NCBI GenBank assembly: GCA_039586495.1 | Contig: JBDHKG010000006.1 | Span: 1-63,351 of the forward strand | Reading direction: 5' to 3' | Length of the DNA stretch: 63,351 bases | DNA from: Gemmatimonadota bacterium | GTDB taxonomy: Bacteria; Gemmatimonadota; Gemmatimonadetes; Palauibacterales; KS3-K002 | Shown: positions 10,481 through 20,300 of the stretch, in pieces | How the letters are laid out: each line of letters starts with the position of its first letter | How positions within the stretch are numbered: position 1 is the stretch's first letter | The notes under the pieces: model-generated | What the model was told of the DNA's origin: nothing | Databases searched by the model: none | The model's input: the letters and a program-made list of their open reading frames with translations, nothing else | Position numbers and translations under genes: made by a program

Positions 10481-11917
10481 TCAGAGCGTTTCGATGCGGA
10501 CCATGTTGGTGGTCCCGCGCACGTGGAACGGTACTCCGGCGGTGACGACGATCCGATCGCCGGGCACGGCGAGTTCCCGCCGCTGCAGCTCGGCGCGCGC
10601 GATCTCCCACATGTCCTCATGTGTGGGCTCCGCACGGCAGAGCACGGGCAGCACACCCCAGACGAGGGAGAGCTGGCGCTGTACCCTTTCGGTATCGGTG
10701 ACGGCGAGGATTGGCACCGGCGGCCGGCGCGAGGAGACGACGCGGGCCGTGTACCCGCTGCGCGTGAAGGTAACGATGGCAGGTGCCCGTAGCGCCCGAA
10801 CGGCCTCGAGCGTCGCGCAAGCCACTGCCACCTCGGTAGGAACCGGCTCCCTGCCCGGCGGCGACGCCGAAACATCGTACGGTGGCCCGGCCAGCAGCAC
10901 CCCGCCCGCCGACTCCACCTGCCGGATCACCCGAGTGAGCGCCCGGACTGACTCGACCGGGAAGCGCCCTATCGCCGTCTCGGCGGAGAGGAGGACGGCA
11001 TCGGTCCCGTCCAGGACGGCGTTTGCCACGTCGGACGCCTCGGCGCGAGTCGGCTGGGGATGCTCGGTCATCGACTCAAGCATCTGCGTGGCGATGACCA
11101 CAGGTCGATAGCGGGCGTTCGCACTGCGCACGATTCGCTTTTGCACCAACGGAACCTGCTCGAAGGGCAACTCACTTCCCAGGTCACCGCGGGCAACCAT
11201 CACCGCATCGGCGGCCTCCAGTATCGGCTCGAGTTCGCGTACCGCCTGCTCCTTCTCGATTTTCGCCAGAACCAACACGTCGTCCGCTACCCGCTTCCGC
11301 AGTTCCAGCACGTTCTCGGCAGAGCGTACGAACGAGAGAGCGATATACTCGGCGCCGATTTCCAGGGCGAGATCGATGTCCGCTAGATCCTTCTCCGTGA
11401 GGGGCGGCGCCTTCACACTGACGCCCGGCAGGTTGACTCCCCTCCCGCTCCTCAGACTCCCGCCTACGACGACTTCGGCCTCCACACGCGGCGGCCTGAC
11501 TTGCCGGACTCGGAGCTCGATCTGGCCATCGCTGAGCAGCACCCGATCCCCGGCGGACAGATCGCTGGCCAGATCCGGGTACGTGACGGGAACGTCGCGC
11601 CCCGTGGCGACATCGCCCGGAGTCAGGACAACCTGGCTCCCCGGGCTGAGGGTCAGCGGCTGGGGCAACTTGCCTACCCGGATCTTCGTACCCTGTAGGT
11701 CGATCAGCAGCGCTACGGGCCTGCCACACGATGCGGCGCAGTCACGGATCTGCCGGGCCAGCGCCCGAACCTGGTCCGGCTCGGTGTGCGACATGTTCAG
11801 ACGTGCCACGTCCATACCGGCCTCGCACATCACTTCCAGGGTGGTTGGATCCCAGGACGCAGGCCCGATCGTGCAGATGATCTTTGTCTTACGAAACCGT
11901 TCGTCGTTCCGGCTCAT
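10481..11917 (-). CDS. pyk: Pyruvate kinase
   Basis: RKTKIICTIGP, ARLNMSH, AKIEK, MVARGDLG, ATQMLESM. Confidence 0.97.
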   Translation of the reverse strand: MSRNDERFRKTKIICTIGPASWDPTTLEVMCEAGMDVARLNMSHTEPDQVRALARQIRDCAASCGRPVALLIDLQGTKIRVGKLPQPLTLSPGSQVVLTPGDVATGRDVPVTYPDLASDLSAGDRVLLSDGQIELRVRQVRPPRVEAEVVVGGSLRSGRGVNLPGVSVKAPPLTEKDLADIDLALEIGAEYIALSFVRSAENVLELRKRVADDVLVLAKIEKEQAVRELEPILEAADAVMVARGDLGSELPFEQVPLVQKRIVRSANARYRPVVIATQMLESMTEHPQPTRAEASDVANAVLDGTDAVLLSAETAIGRFPVESVRALTRVIRQVESAGGVLLAGPPYDVSASPPGREPVPTEVAVACATLEAVRALRAPAIVTFTRSGYTARVVSSRRPPVPILAVTDTERVQRQLSLVWGVLPVLCRAEPTHEDMWEIARAELQRRELAVPGDRIVVTAGVPFHVRGTTNMVRIETL

Positions 11918-11961
11918 CGCGCGCAAGATCCCGAGCTCGGTGGCCGACGTCAAATGACGTT

Positions 11962-13347
11962 CTAGGGACGGTAACGAGCCCAAAGGTCCGGCAACTCAGC
12001 AGCCAACGCCCGCAGGTCCGCCGCCACGTCGAGGATCGTCCGTGCCGGGTCTGTGGGGTCACCTGGGGGAATCCGGGCACCAGGCGTGAACGTGCCCGCG
12101 ACGGGCTCCGCCAGCACCAGGGCAACGGTCATCTCGATCATCTCTCCCGGCGCCAGCCGCAGGGGGCCGTAGGCTTCCGTGACGCGGTAGTCGGCGAGGT
12201 CATTGGAAGCATGCCCGATGTCAGGCGAAGGGTGGTCGCCGATCGGGTCGCCCGACTGCAATCGCCCGGCCAGCAACCGCCAGGCGAAGTCCTGCCGATC
12301 CTCGCCGTCCCAGTCGTCCGTGACGCGCCACAACGTCAGCGTCCGCCTCATTGCACCCGCGGGTGGCTCGACCGTGACGAGCCCTACCAGGGCCGGTCGC
12401 TCGGCAAAGTCGCCAAGCTCCGCATCGCTGAAATCGGCATCATAGACGAACGCCAGGTTGAGATCTGGGTCGAACGTCCCCACGTCGTCGTCTGCCCCGC
12501 CGACGTCGGGGTCCAGACCGAACCCCAGGTAGAGCTCTCGGAAGGTATAACCGCCTTCGGGGACCGACGGGTAGAGATAGCGATAGCGCTCATCGCCGCT
12601 GACGTTATGGACTTCCAGGTTTATGAAGAGGACATCCTCGGCGCCAGCGCTGTCGACCGCGACCACCGTCTCGCTGACAGATAGACCGAGCAACGATTCG
12701 TCGTCGGAGAGCGAGGTCGCCCAGTACTCGAGTCGCTCCATCTGCCGGCGCACGCTGGAGCTGCTTGCAACGGGGCGCCGACCCACCCAGGCGGCTTCGT
12801 AGACCTGGGTCGCCACTGTGTCACCGGCCTGCGCGCCAGCGTCGTCGTCCAGAACCGCCGCCACCAGCAGCCGGCCGCCAGCTCCATAGTCGGCGCCGGA
12901 GGCGCCCGGCCACTCGAGCGCCGGCACCAGATCGAAGAAGACACTGGCGCACGTGTCGCCGTAGTTGTTGAACAGGCAGCGGATGCGCCCGCGATCGACC
13001 AAGAGAGGACAGTTGAAGCGGCACCCGCCCTGCAAGGCAGCGTCGATCGTATCAACCGGCTCCTCCGGCACGGTTACGGTATCGGCCCAGCCGAAGACCT
13101 GGGTCGGCGCGGCGCTGAGCTCCAGCAGGAGTCTGTGGCGACCCGCCGGGACTTCTGCCAACGTCGCGGGCGTTGTCCTTCCTAGCGGGTCACCGTCCAG
13201 AAAGATCTCGGCGCCATCCGGATCTGAGAGCACGGTCAACTCGACGAGAACCGGGACCGTCGGCCGGGACCGATCATCGAAACACCCCCAGAGCACCATG
13301 ACCAGCCACGCCAGGGCCAAGCTCGGCTGGCGCAGCCCGCTAGGCAT
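11962..13347 (-). CDS. PEGA-domain lipoprotein of unknown function
   Basis: LWGC lipobox; SDPDGAEIFLDG...GRTTP...GRHRL PEGA-like segment; acidic C-terminal domain. Confidence 0.7.
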   Translation of the reverse strand: MPSGLRQPSLALAWLVMVLWGCFDDRSRPTVPVLVELTVLSDPDGAEIFLDGDPLGRTTPATLAEVPAGRHRLLLELSAAPTQVFGWADTVTVPEEPVDTIDAALQGGCRFNCPLLVDRGRIRCLFNNYGDTCASVFFDLVPALEWPGASGADYGAGGRLLVAAVLDDDAGAQAGDTVATQVYEAAWVGRRPVASSSSVRRQMERLEYWATSLSDDESLLGLSVSETVVAVDSAGAEDVLFINLEVHNVSGDERYRYLYPSVPEGGYTFRELYLGFGLDPDVGGADDDVGTFDPDLNLAFVYDADFSDAELGDFAERPALVGLVTVEPPAGAMRRTLTLWRVTDDWDGEDRQDFAWRLLAGRLQSGDPIGDHPSPDIGHASNDLADYRVTEAYGPLRLAPGEMIEMTVALVLAEPVAGTFTPGARIPPGDPTDPARTILDVAADLRALAAELPDLWARYRP

Positions 13348-14122
13348 GGCCACCGCCCGACCTACGCGCCGCGAGTCGGGCCACGAGCGCCGAGAGCACA
13401 TCGCTGGCAGGGCCCTGTAGGAACATGTCCATCACCTCGGTGAGCTGAGACGGCTGCGTGTTCACCTCGATCAGCGTGGCGCCGCCGACCCGGGCCGCGA
13501 GCGGGAGCGCGGCTGCTGGGTAGACGAAACCGGATGTCCCCACGACAAGCATGGCGTCGCATGACCTCGCCAGGCTCTCAGCTCGCTCGAACACACCGGG
13601 CGGTAGCATCTCGCCGAACCAGACCACGTCCGGCCGAACGTGAGAGCCGCAGCGCGGACACCTTGGCGGTTCGACCAGCCCGTCGCCAGCGGCCAGCGGG
13701 ATCTCGATGTCCACCGGATGGTCGTGCTCGAAACATTTGAAGCGGTTGATGTTCCCGTGCAGCTCCAGCACCGTGCTCGAACCGGCCTCTGTGTGATATC
13801 CGTCGATATTCTGGGTTACGACGGCCACCTGCGGCACCAGCTTCTCGAGCTTTGCCAACGCCTCGTGCCCAGCGTGGGGGGAGGAGCTGGCGACGATGCC
13901 ACGCCGGTAGTTGTACCAACCCCAGACGCGCGCCGGGTCCCGACGGAACCCGTGGGGTGACGCCAGCTCCTCGGGATTATAGCGCGCCCACAGACCTTCT
14001 TGAGCCTCCCTGAAGGTGGGGACGCCGCTTTCCTTCGACATGCCGGCCCCGGTCGCCGCCACGACTAGCCGCGCGTGATCAAGGGCCTCAACCGCCCGCT
14101 CCAGCTTCGCGGCATCCATCAT
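13340..14122 (-). CDS. cobB: NAD-dependent deacylase (sirtuin)
   Basis: TGAGMSKESGVPTFR, TQNIDG, ELHGN, RPDVVWFGE, GTSG.VYPAA. Confidence 0.93.
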   Translation of the reverse strand: MMDAAKLERAVEALDHARLVVAATGAGMSKESGVPTFREAQEGLWARYNPEELASPHGFRRDPARVWGWYNYRRGIVASSSPHAGHEALAKLEKLVPQVAVVTQNIDGYHTEAGSSTVLELHGNINRFKCFEHDHPVDIEIPLAAGDGLVEPPRCPRCGSHVRPDVVWFGEMLPPGVFERAESLARSCDAMLVVGTSGFVYPAAALPLAARVGGATLIEVNTQPSQLTEVMDMFLQGPASDVLSALVARLAARRSGGGHA

Positions 14123-14142
14123 CGCTCCCGAAGGGATGTCAG

Positions 14143-15720
14143 TCAGGCGCGGTAGACGATCGCGCCGCCCACCACCGTTGCCACCACCTCTGCAGCCCGC
14201 GACCGCTCCGGCTCCGCATTCACCAGGTCCACATCCCAGGCGGCGAAATCGGCATGATAACCCGGAGCCAGACGACCCCGGCGGTCCAGGTCACCGGCAG
14301 CCCGCGCGGGTCCCTCAGTGTAAGCCTTCAGCACCTCCAAACCGGACAGACACTCCTGGGGGTACCAGCCTTCCTCAGTGTAACCGTCTCGATCACCCCG
14401 CGTCATCGCCGCGTAGAAACCCTCACGTGGATCAGCCTCCTCCACCGGCGCGTCTGAGCCGAAAGCCAGTATCGTGCCCACGTCCAGCAGGCTGCGCAGC
14501 GCCATCGTCTGGCGGCTGCGCTCCGGCCCCCAGCGCTCCTCGGCCAGCGGTATGTCAGTCAGCAGGTGCGAGGGCTGCATTGAGGCCACGATGCCCGAAC
14601 GAGCCGCCCGAGGTACGTCATCCGGGTGAACGCACTGCAGGTGCTCCACCCTGTGCGGGATCGCGAGGCCAGCGGCACCGGCACCCTCCAGCACGGCTAG
14701 CGTCATGCGAACCGCCGCATCGCCAATCGCGTGCACCGCTGCGGCGAGGCCGGCACGGGCTGCTCGCTCCACGTCGCTCTTCAGCTCCTCCGGGTCCAAC
14801 CGTCGCATCCCGCGATCGCTACTCCCTTGGTACGGCTCCAGCATCCAGGCCGTACGCGAGCCGAGAGCCCCATCGCTGAAATACTTGACCCCGCCGATGC
14901 GCAGCCACTCGCTGCCGAACCCGCTGGCAATGCCGCATTCGATCAGTGAGTCGAGGAAACGCTGAGGCATATGATGCAGGACACGCAGGCGAAGTTCCCC
15001 AGCACGCTCCAAATCCTGCACGATCTGGAACGACTCGGGCGCCTCCACCGAATGCACCGCCGTCACGCCCAGACGGTGAAGCCCCGCCTGCCCCTCCAAC
15101 AGCGCCGCACGCCGCTCCGCCTCGCTGAGGCGCGGGCGGCCCTCATACCACCACTCGAGAGCCCGCTCCAGCAATACGCCCGTCAGTCCGCCCTGACCGT
15201 CACGCTCCAGCGAGCCGCCTGGCGGATCGGGCCACTCCGGCCCGATCGCCAATCGACGCATGGCCTCCGAGTTGAGCCATCCCGAGTGCAGGTCGTGGGC
15301 GATCAGCGCTACGGCACGTCCACCCGAAACCGCATCGAGGTCCGCCAGCTCCGCCTGCCCTCGCCAAGAAGGATTCCAGCCCTTGAACTCCAGCCAGGCA
15401 GCCGCAGGCTGCGAGTGCGCCGCCGAGGCAACCCGCTCCAGCACCTCGGCCGGCGAACGAGCACTCGACAGGTCCGGCAGGCTGCGAGCGAGAGCCCACT
15501 CGATCAAGTGGATATGAGAATCGGTCAGACCCGGCACAACGACGGCCGGGCGAAGATCAAGCCACTCCGCCGAGCCGCCAACGAGCGACTCCACCTCCTC
15601 CACCGTGCCGCTGGCCGTGATGCGACCCCCGCGCACCACCAGACACTCCACCTCCGACCGCTCCGGATCCAGCGTGTGTATCAAGCCAGCCTTCACGGCC
15701 AGCAGTCGTTCTCGTCCCAT
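14143..15720 (-). CDS. Amidohydrolase_3 family (YtcJ-like) metallo-hydrolase
   Basis: PGLTDSHIH, KYFSDGALGSRTA, HAIGD, RVEH, FGSDAPV. Confidence 0.9.
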   Translation of the reverse strand: MGRERLLAVKAGLIHTLDPERSEVECLVVRGGRITASGTVEEVESLVGGSAEWLDLRPAVVVPGLTDSHIHLIEWALARSLPDLSSARSPAEVLERVASAAHSQPAAAWLEFKGWNPSWRGQAELADLDAVSGGRAVALIAHDLHSGWLNSEAMRRLAIGPEWPDPPGGSLERDGQGGLTGVLLERALEWWYEGRPRLSEAERRAALLEGQAGLHRLGVTAVHSVEAPESFQIVQDLERAGELRLRVLHHMPQRFLDSLIECGIASGFGSEWLRIGGVKYFSDGALGSRTAWMLEPYQGSSDRGMRRLDPEELKSDVERAARAGLAAAVHAIGDAAVRMTLAVLEGAGAAGLAIPHRVEHLQCVHPDDVPRAARSGIVASMQPSHLLTDIPLAEERWGPERSRQTMALRSLLDVGTILAFGSDAPVEEADPREGFYAAMTRGDRDGYTEEGWYPQECLSGLEVLKAYTEGPARAAGDLDRRGRLAPGYHADFAAWDVDLVNAEPERSRAAEVVATVVGGAIVYRA

Positions 15721-15823
15721 GCCTACTACGATAGAGAGGCGCCGACCGGTGGGACAACCGAAAGGGACACACTGCACCCCCGAAGGGCCCCCTCCAAACC
15801 CTGACTGTCCCTCCCCGGCCTCG

Positions 15824-16156
15824 CTAGTCGAGCGAAATCTCGAGATCGGCGACGAGTTCGGGACGATGGCGGGCAATCCACTCGTGGATCAACCGCACCT
15901 GCTTCATGGAGAGCTTCTGCAGCACTTGCAGCGGCAAGCCTGGGATTACCGCGGCCAGCGAACGTCGCAGCAAATAGTCCCGCTGCCTGCGCTTGAGCTC
16001 CGGCGGTATGCTCGGCCCGGTGGGGGAGTCGGGTATCGGCTCAAGCAGCGTGCGGAAGCTGTGAATCTGTCGGTCAGAAAACGTTTCGGGAATCCGGTGA
16101 CGGCGGCTGCCGATGAGAAAGCTGCCGTCGGCCTCTACGATGCAACCCCTAGACAT
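15824..16156 (-). CDS. Hypothetical protein (110 aa)
   Basis: Protein-like composition, AAGGA upstream of the ATG, co-oriented with neighbours. Confidence 0.6.
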   Translation of the reverse strand: MSRGCIVEADGSFLIGSRRHRIPETFSDRQIHSFRTLLEPIPDSPTGPSIPPELKRRQRDYLLRRSLAAVIPGLPLQVLQKLSMKQVRLIHEWIARHRPELVADLEISLD

Positions 16157-16177
16157 CAGCGTTCCTTGCGCGCATGT

Positions 16178-16227
16178 GTGTCAAAGACACTCACCCCACG
16201 CCCCCTAAAGGGTGGGGTGGTCTACAC
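16178..16227. repeat. Imperfect inverted repeat / hairpin with a TAAA loop
   Basis: GTGT-caa-AGAC-act-CACCCCAC...CC-TAAA-GG-GTGGGGTG-GTCT-ACAC. Confidence 0.6.
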
Positions 16228-16299
16228 TTTTTGTCGATTGCCGCTGCTCAATCTACGTTCGACCCACCGGCTTTGCAAGAAAAACTGCCGGCGACACGG

Positions 16300-16716
16300 C
16301 TAGGCGAGCTCCTCGCGCGCGGGACTGGGCGCCTGGATGACGTAGAGCGGCACGCTCCTCATATGGTGATCGTCCACCATCACTTCGAAGGAGAAGTCAC
16401 CGGGCTTCTGGAACGTGATGCCGCTGAGACCCATGATGACATGGGGTTTGATGGGCCGGCCGGGGGCTCCAGGCGGCACCTGCAGGGGTCCCTCTGCGCG
16501 GAACAGCTGAGCGCCGTCGGCATCGATCAGCCGCACCTCCAGCCGATGGGGACCCTGCTCGGTGAAGTCGGCGCGCACCCGCAGCACGAAAACCATAGCA
16601 GCGTGGCGGAAGGGGAATTGGCGAGCCCAGATCGTGTCGAACACACCAAGGATGTTAAGCTTGCCCTCCTGGCTGACGTTTGCCGCATCGGCGAGGACCG
16701 CGAGGTCTATCTCCAC
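16300..16716 (-). CDS. Hypothetical beta-rich protein (DUF6941-like)
   Basis: LADAA...GKLNILGVFD...F.KPGDF pattern. Confidence 0.7.
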   Translation of the reverse strand: MEIDLAVLADAANVSQEGKLNILGVFDTIWARQFPFRHAAMVFVLRVRADFTEQGPHRLEVRLIDADGAQLFRAEGPLQVPPGAPGRPIKPHVIMGLSGITFQKPGDFSFEVMVDDHHMRSVPLYVIQAPSPAREELA

Positions 16717-16794
16717 GGAGAGAACCCTTTCGGCTGCAGTCGTCGCGCGCTCGCGGATCGGCCGCCGACCGGTCCGCGACGTTTGAGTCGGGCT

Positions 16795-17283
16795 TCAGAA
16801 CTTGCGCTCTAGCGGTCCGAAGTGCCGCTGAATGGGTCCGAAGTGTGGCTGCAGAGGTCCGAAGTGTCTCTGCATCGGCCCAAAGTGCCGCTGCAGTGGC
16901 CCGAAATCGCTTCTCCTCAGCTGACCGGCGACCGCGCCTCCCGCATTCGCATGCCTCAGAACTGGCCGACACATGCGGGCGGAGTTGGCCAAGACAGACC
17001 TCCCCGGCTTTGGCGTGTAGAGGATGCGTTCAGCGTACTCCGCGCAGGGACCCAGGGGCGGAGCCCGGACTTCCAGGGGGCGCGCGCTCCGCGCTGCGTC
17101 CTCATCGTTGACCAAGACGCAACCCCTGGGCAGCCGATCGCCGCGGATGAGGCCACTCGGCTCCTTGCGGAGTCTGCACACGCCTGACTCCTGCTGCGCC
17201 AGAGCTGGTCTGCCCGGAATCGACAGGATGGCAACGGCGAGCAATCCGGCGATCGTACGTCCTCTAGACCCCTTAGTGTGCAT
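16795..17283 (-). CDS. Secreted hypothetical protein with 4 Cys and C-terminal heptapeptide repeats
   Basis: Signal peptide ending ALA-QQ; repeats DFGPLQR, HFGPMQR, HFGPLQP, HFGPIQR, HFGPLER. Confidence 0.7.
   Translation of the reverse strand: MHTKGSRGRTIAGLLAVAILSIPGRPALAQQESGVCRLRKEPSGLIRGDRLPRGCVLVNDEDAARSARPLEVRAPPLGPCAEYAERILYTPKPGRSVLANSARMCRPVLRHANAGGAVAGQLRRSDFGPLQRHFGPMQRHFGPLQPHFGPIQRHFGPLERKF
16804..16908 (-). repeat. Five 21-bp tandem repeats encoding (H/D)FGP(L/M/I)(Q/E)(R/P)
   Basis: Directly visible; many differences between copies are synonymous. Confidence 0.9.
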
Positions 17284-17383
17284 GAACCGAAGCTAGCGTT
17301 CCCGAGTGCCGGCTACAAGAGAGGCAGGCCTCATCACTGAGCTAGAAGTCGACTGTCAGCGAGGCAGACCGGCCGCCGTGCCC

Positions 17384-20300
17384 TCAGGGGGATCGTTCGA
17401 GGGCGGCTACTATCGAGTCCACGTCGGGTAGTCGGCCGCTGTAACCCAGATAGCGCGCCACTCGCGAGAGCGGTGGCCAGTCGTAGGGGTCGATGGTGTA
17501 GGCGACACGCAGGTTGCCCTCGCCGCCGCCACGTACCCCGATGATGCGCTGGAGTAGTGCAAGGCTCTTCAAAGCACCCACGTCGTCCCGATAGCGCTGG
17601 AACAGCTGCTCGTAGGTGACGGCCGCATCAGAATAGTGGCCATCCCACGCGTGCCGATCGGCTAGAATCCGCATCCGCTCCCGCTCGCTGGCGCGGTCGC
17701 TGAGCCGGAACGCCGAATCCAGCGCCGAACGCGCGAGAGTACGCCGGCCGCTCAGCGCGTAGGCCTCCGCCAGCACGCGGTACGCCATGGCGAAGGTCGA
17801 GTCGTGGCCCGTCGCCTCCTGTGCCGACGCGACCGCCTCGGAGTAGCGACCCGCAAAGAGGTGCATGCGTGCCCGTGAGTAAGCGTCGAGCGCCGAGGGT
17901 GACGCTGAGAGGATCTGGGTTGCGGGCAGGCTCGCCTCGGTCTGCTCGTCGGGCTCGCCAAGGCGACGGCGCACAGGCCGCGTCAACCCAACCATCGTCT
18001 CAAGGGCGCTCGCCTCCCCGGAGACCTCCGCTGCCACCCCGTACAGCTCCTCGCCAGCTGGGCTCAGCACCCGAATGGCGACGCTGTCCACACCCCCAGC
18101 TCGACTGAGTCGAGCAACGATCACGGCGGCGTAGCTCTCGGCCTCGGCGAGTGCCACAGCGTCGTCGATGCCGAGATCACCGGAAGTGCTGCCCGAACTA
18201 CGACGACGCGCGATGAGCGCCCGCTCTCGCGGAACCACGCTGAAGAACTGTGCCTGTTTGAGCTCGGCTTCCAGGGCCACGGTCATGGCGGTGGGCGCGT
18301 GGTCGGCGTGCGCCTCGTCGTCTACCTCGACATCGGCCACGACAACCCACTGCCCGGACTCCTCAAGCAGCGGTCCCGAGAACATCGCGCCGATCCTCGA
18401 GATCGAAGTCTCGACAAATGCGGGGGTTCTGAGCGTAACTCTGGGTAGCGAGACCCTCGGCAGCGACGGCGCACGCACTTCCGGAAGATCTGATCTCAGT
18501 CCACTGATCCTTGCGACCAGGTCAGGGCCGAAGGCGATCCCGAGCCCGACGAGAGCCAGCGCGACAGGCACGAACCAGTAGCGTTTGACCAGCGCCAGAC
18601 CCGGCCGTCGTGCGCGCCTCCTCTTGCGGGGCCTGGCCACGACCTCGAACGGCTTCACCGCGGCTTCGACCGGCCTAGCCACGGGCTTGACGGGCCTCGG
18701 TGCCGGCTCGACCGGTTTGGGCGCGGGTTCGATCGGTTCAGCAGCGAACTCAAAAGGCTCAGCCGCAGGTTCGATCGGCTCAGGCGCGGGCTCGAATGGC
18801 TTGGCCGCAGGCGCGACCGGCTCGGGCGGAATCCCGACCCGCTCGACCGGCGGGGCTTCAGCGGCAAGCGCCTCGGCCACAGCCTGCGGCGGCTCCAGCT
18901 CGGACTCGAGCGGCTGGGTCAGAACCTCCTGCATCTCCGCCGCACGGCGGTGCCTCGCGCGGGCCGGCGCCACTACTCGGCCCGACGCACGCCCTGCCGC
19001 TTTCACCCGGCGGCGTGGCACGGGCAGCGCGCGCCTTGCCCCTGAGACACGGCGAACGGCAGCCCGAAGGAACCGCCAGAGCAAGCCGGGCAGCGCAGCC
19101 AGGACAGCCGCGACTCGCCACAGCCCGCGCGCGGCCCGCTCCGCCGCCAGGGCGCGCCAGGGGCCAAGCTCCTCCCAAGTCTCGCGGAGCACAGGCCCCC
19201 ACGCCTTTCGCACAGACGTGACCTGGTGGTGCACGTCCCGGAACTCGTCGCCAGCGGCCGCAACAGCCTCTCGGATGGCTTCGTCCGGCTCAGACTTGCG
19301 GCGGACCGGTTTCCCCTCTGGACCAGCACCGGGTTGCGGGGGCGCCGGCTCTCGAGTCTCCGGCAGGGGGAAATCCGCGATGGGTTCGGCTGGTTTCGCC
19401 GAGGAAGCTTCCGGAGCGGCGGGGACCTCGGCGACGGAGATGTCCAGTTCGTCTTCCGCCGTCATCTCCACGATCTCCCGCCACGCCTCCTCCTGGTCCG
19501 GGGCCCCAACCGCATCAGAAGCAGCCTTCGGCTTCCGGGGCGGAGCCTCCGCGCTTTCTGGCGGTGAGGCGCCCGGCTGAAAGCCGGCCACGATCCCAGG
19601 CTCCACTTTGGGGATCGGCGGTTCTTGCGCCGGCGGAAGCTCGCCAGGCCGTCGAGGCTCCCGAGGCACTCCGCGCGGCGGCGGCGCCGGTGGGGCGGCG
19701 GTAAACGTCGGCTCAGGCTTGCGCGGTGGCGTAGGCGACGGGGTGGCCGGGCGGACAGCGCTGGCTGCTTCCGGAGGGGCCGGGGCCTTGGCGGCGAGCT
19801 CCCGCAGCATCGGGTGCCGGGCCACCAGCTGTTGAACGGCGTCGGCGGGCTGAGCGATACCACTCTGCCTCAGCCTACCGAGATACTCGCTGTAAACCCG
19901 AGCCGCTTCCTGCTCCTTGCCGGACTGCGTGTAGGCACGCAGCAGCCCGACCACTGCCTCCGGACGCATGGGAGCCCGGGCGACCAGGATCTCCCACCAC
20001 TGCGCGGCCTTCTCCCAGCTCTTGCCCTCCGCCGCCTGGGCCGCCGTAAGAATCGCATGGCCCCAGGCCCTCCGGATACGACCTCTCTCCTTCTGTGCCC
20101 ACTCGTCGAACGCCGGGGCGCCCGACTGGAAGCCCTCCAGGAAATCGCCGGCATACAGCTCCCCGACACATGCGGCATCACCACCATCGATGGCCGAATC
20201 CACTTCCCGTGTGTCGAGACGCAGGCCGCCGAACACCTCGACCGTGTCGGTGGTCAGACGGACGTTCACTCCCGGCACGTTCTCCCGCAGCCAGGTCACG

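Noticed and set aside
13340-14122. Sirtuin as an anti-phage SIR2 (Thoeris/DSR-type) effector
   Set aside because: It is an ordinary CobB-type deacylase among housekeeping genes, with no defence partners.
16804-18826. 21-bp periodic repeats as a possible CRISPR array
   Set aside because: They are in-frame coding tandem repeats with no unique spacers, and there are no cas genes in the window.
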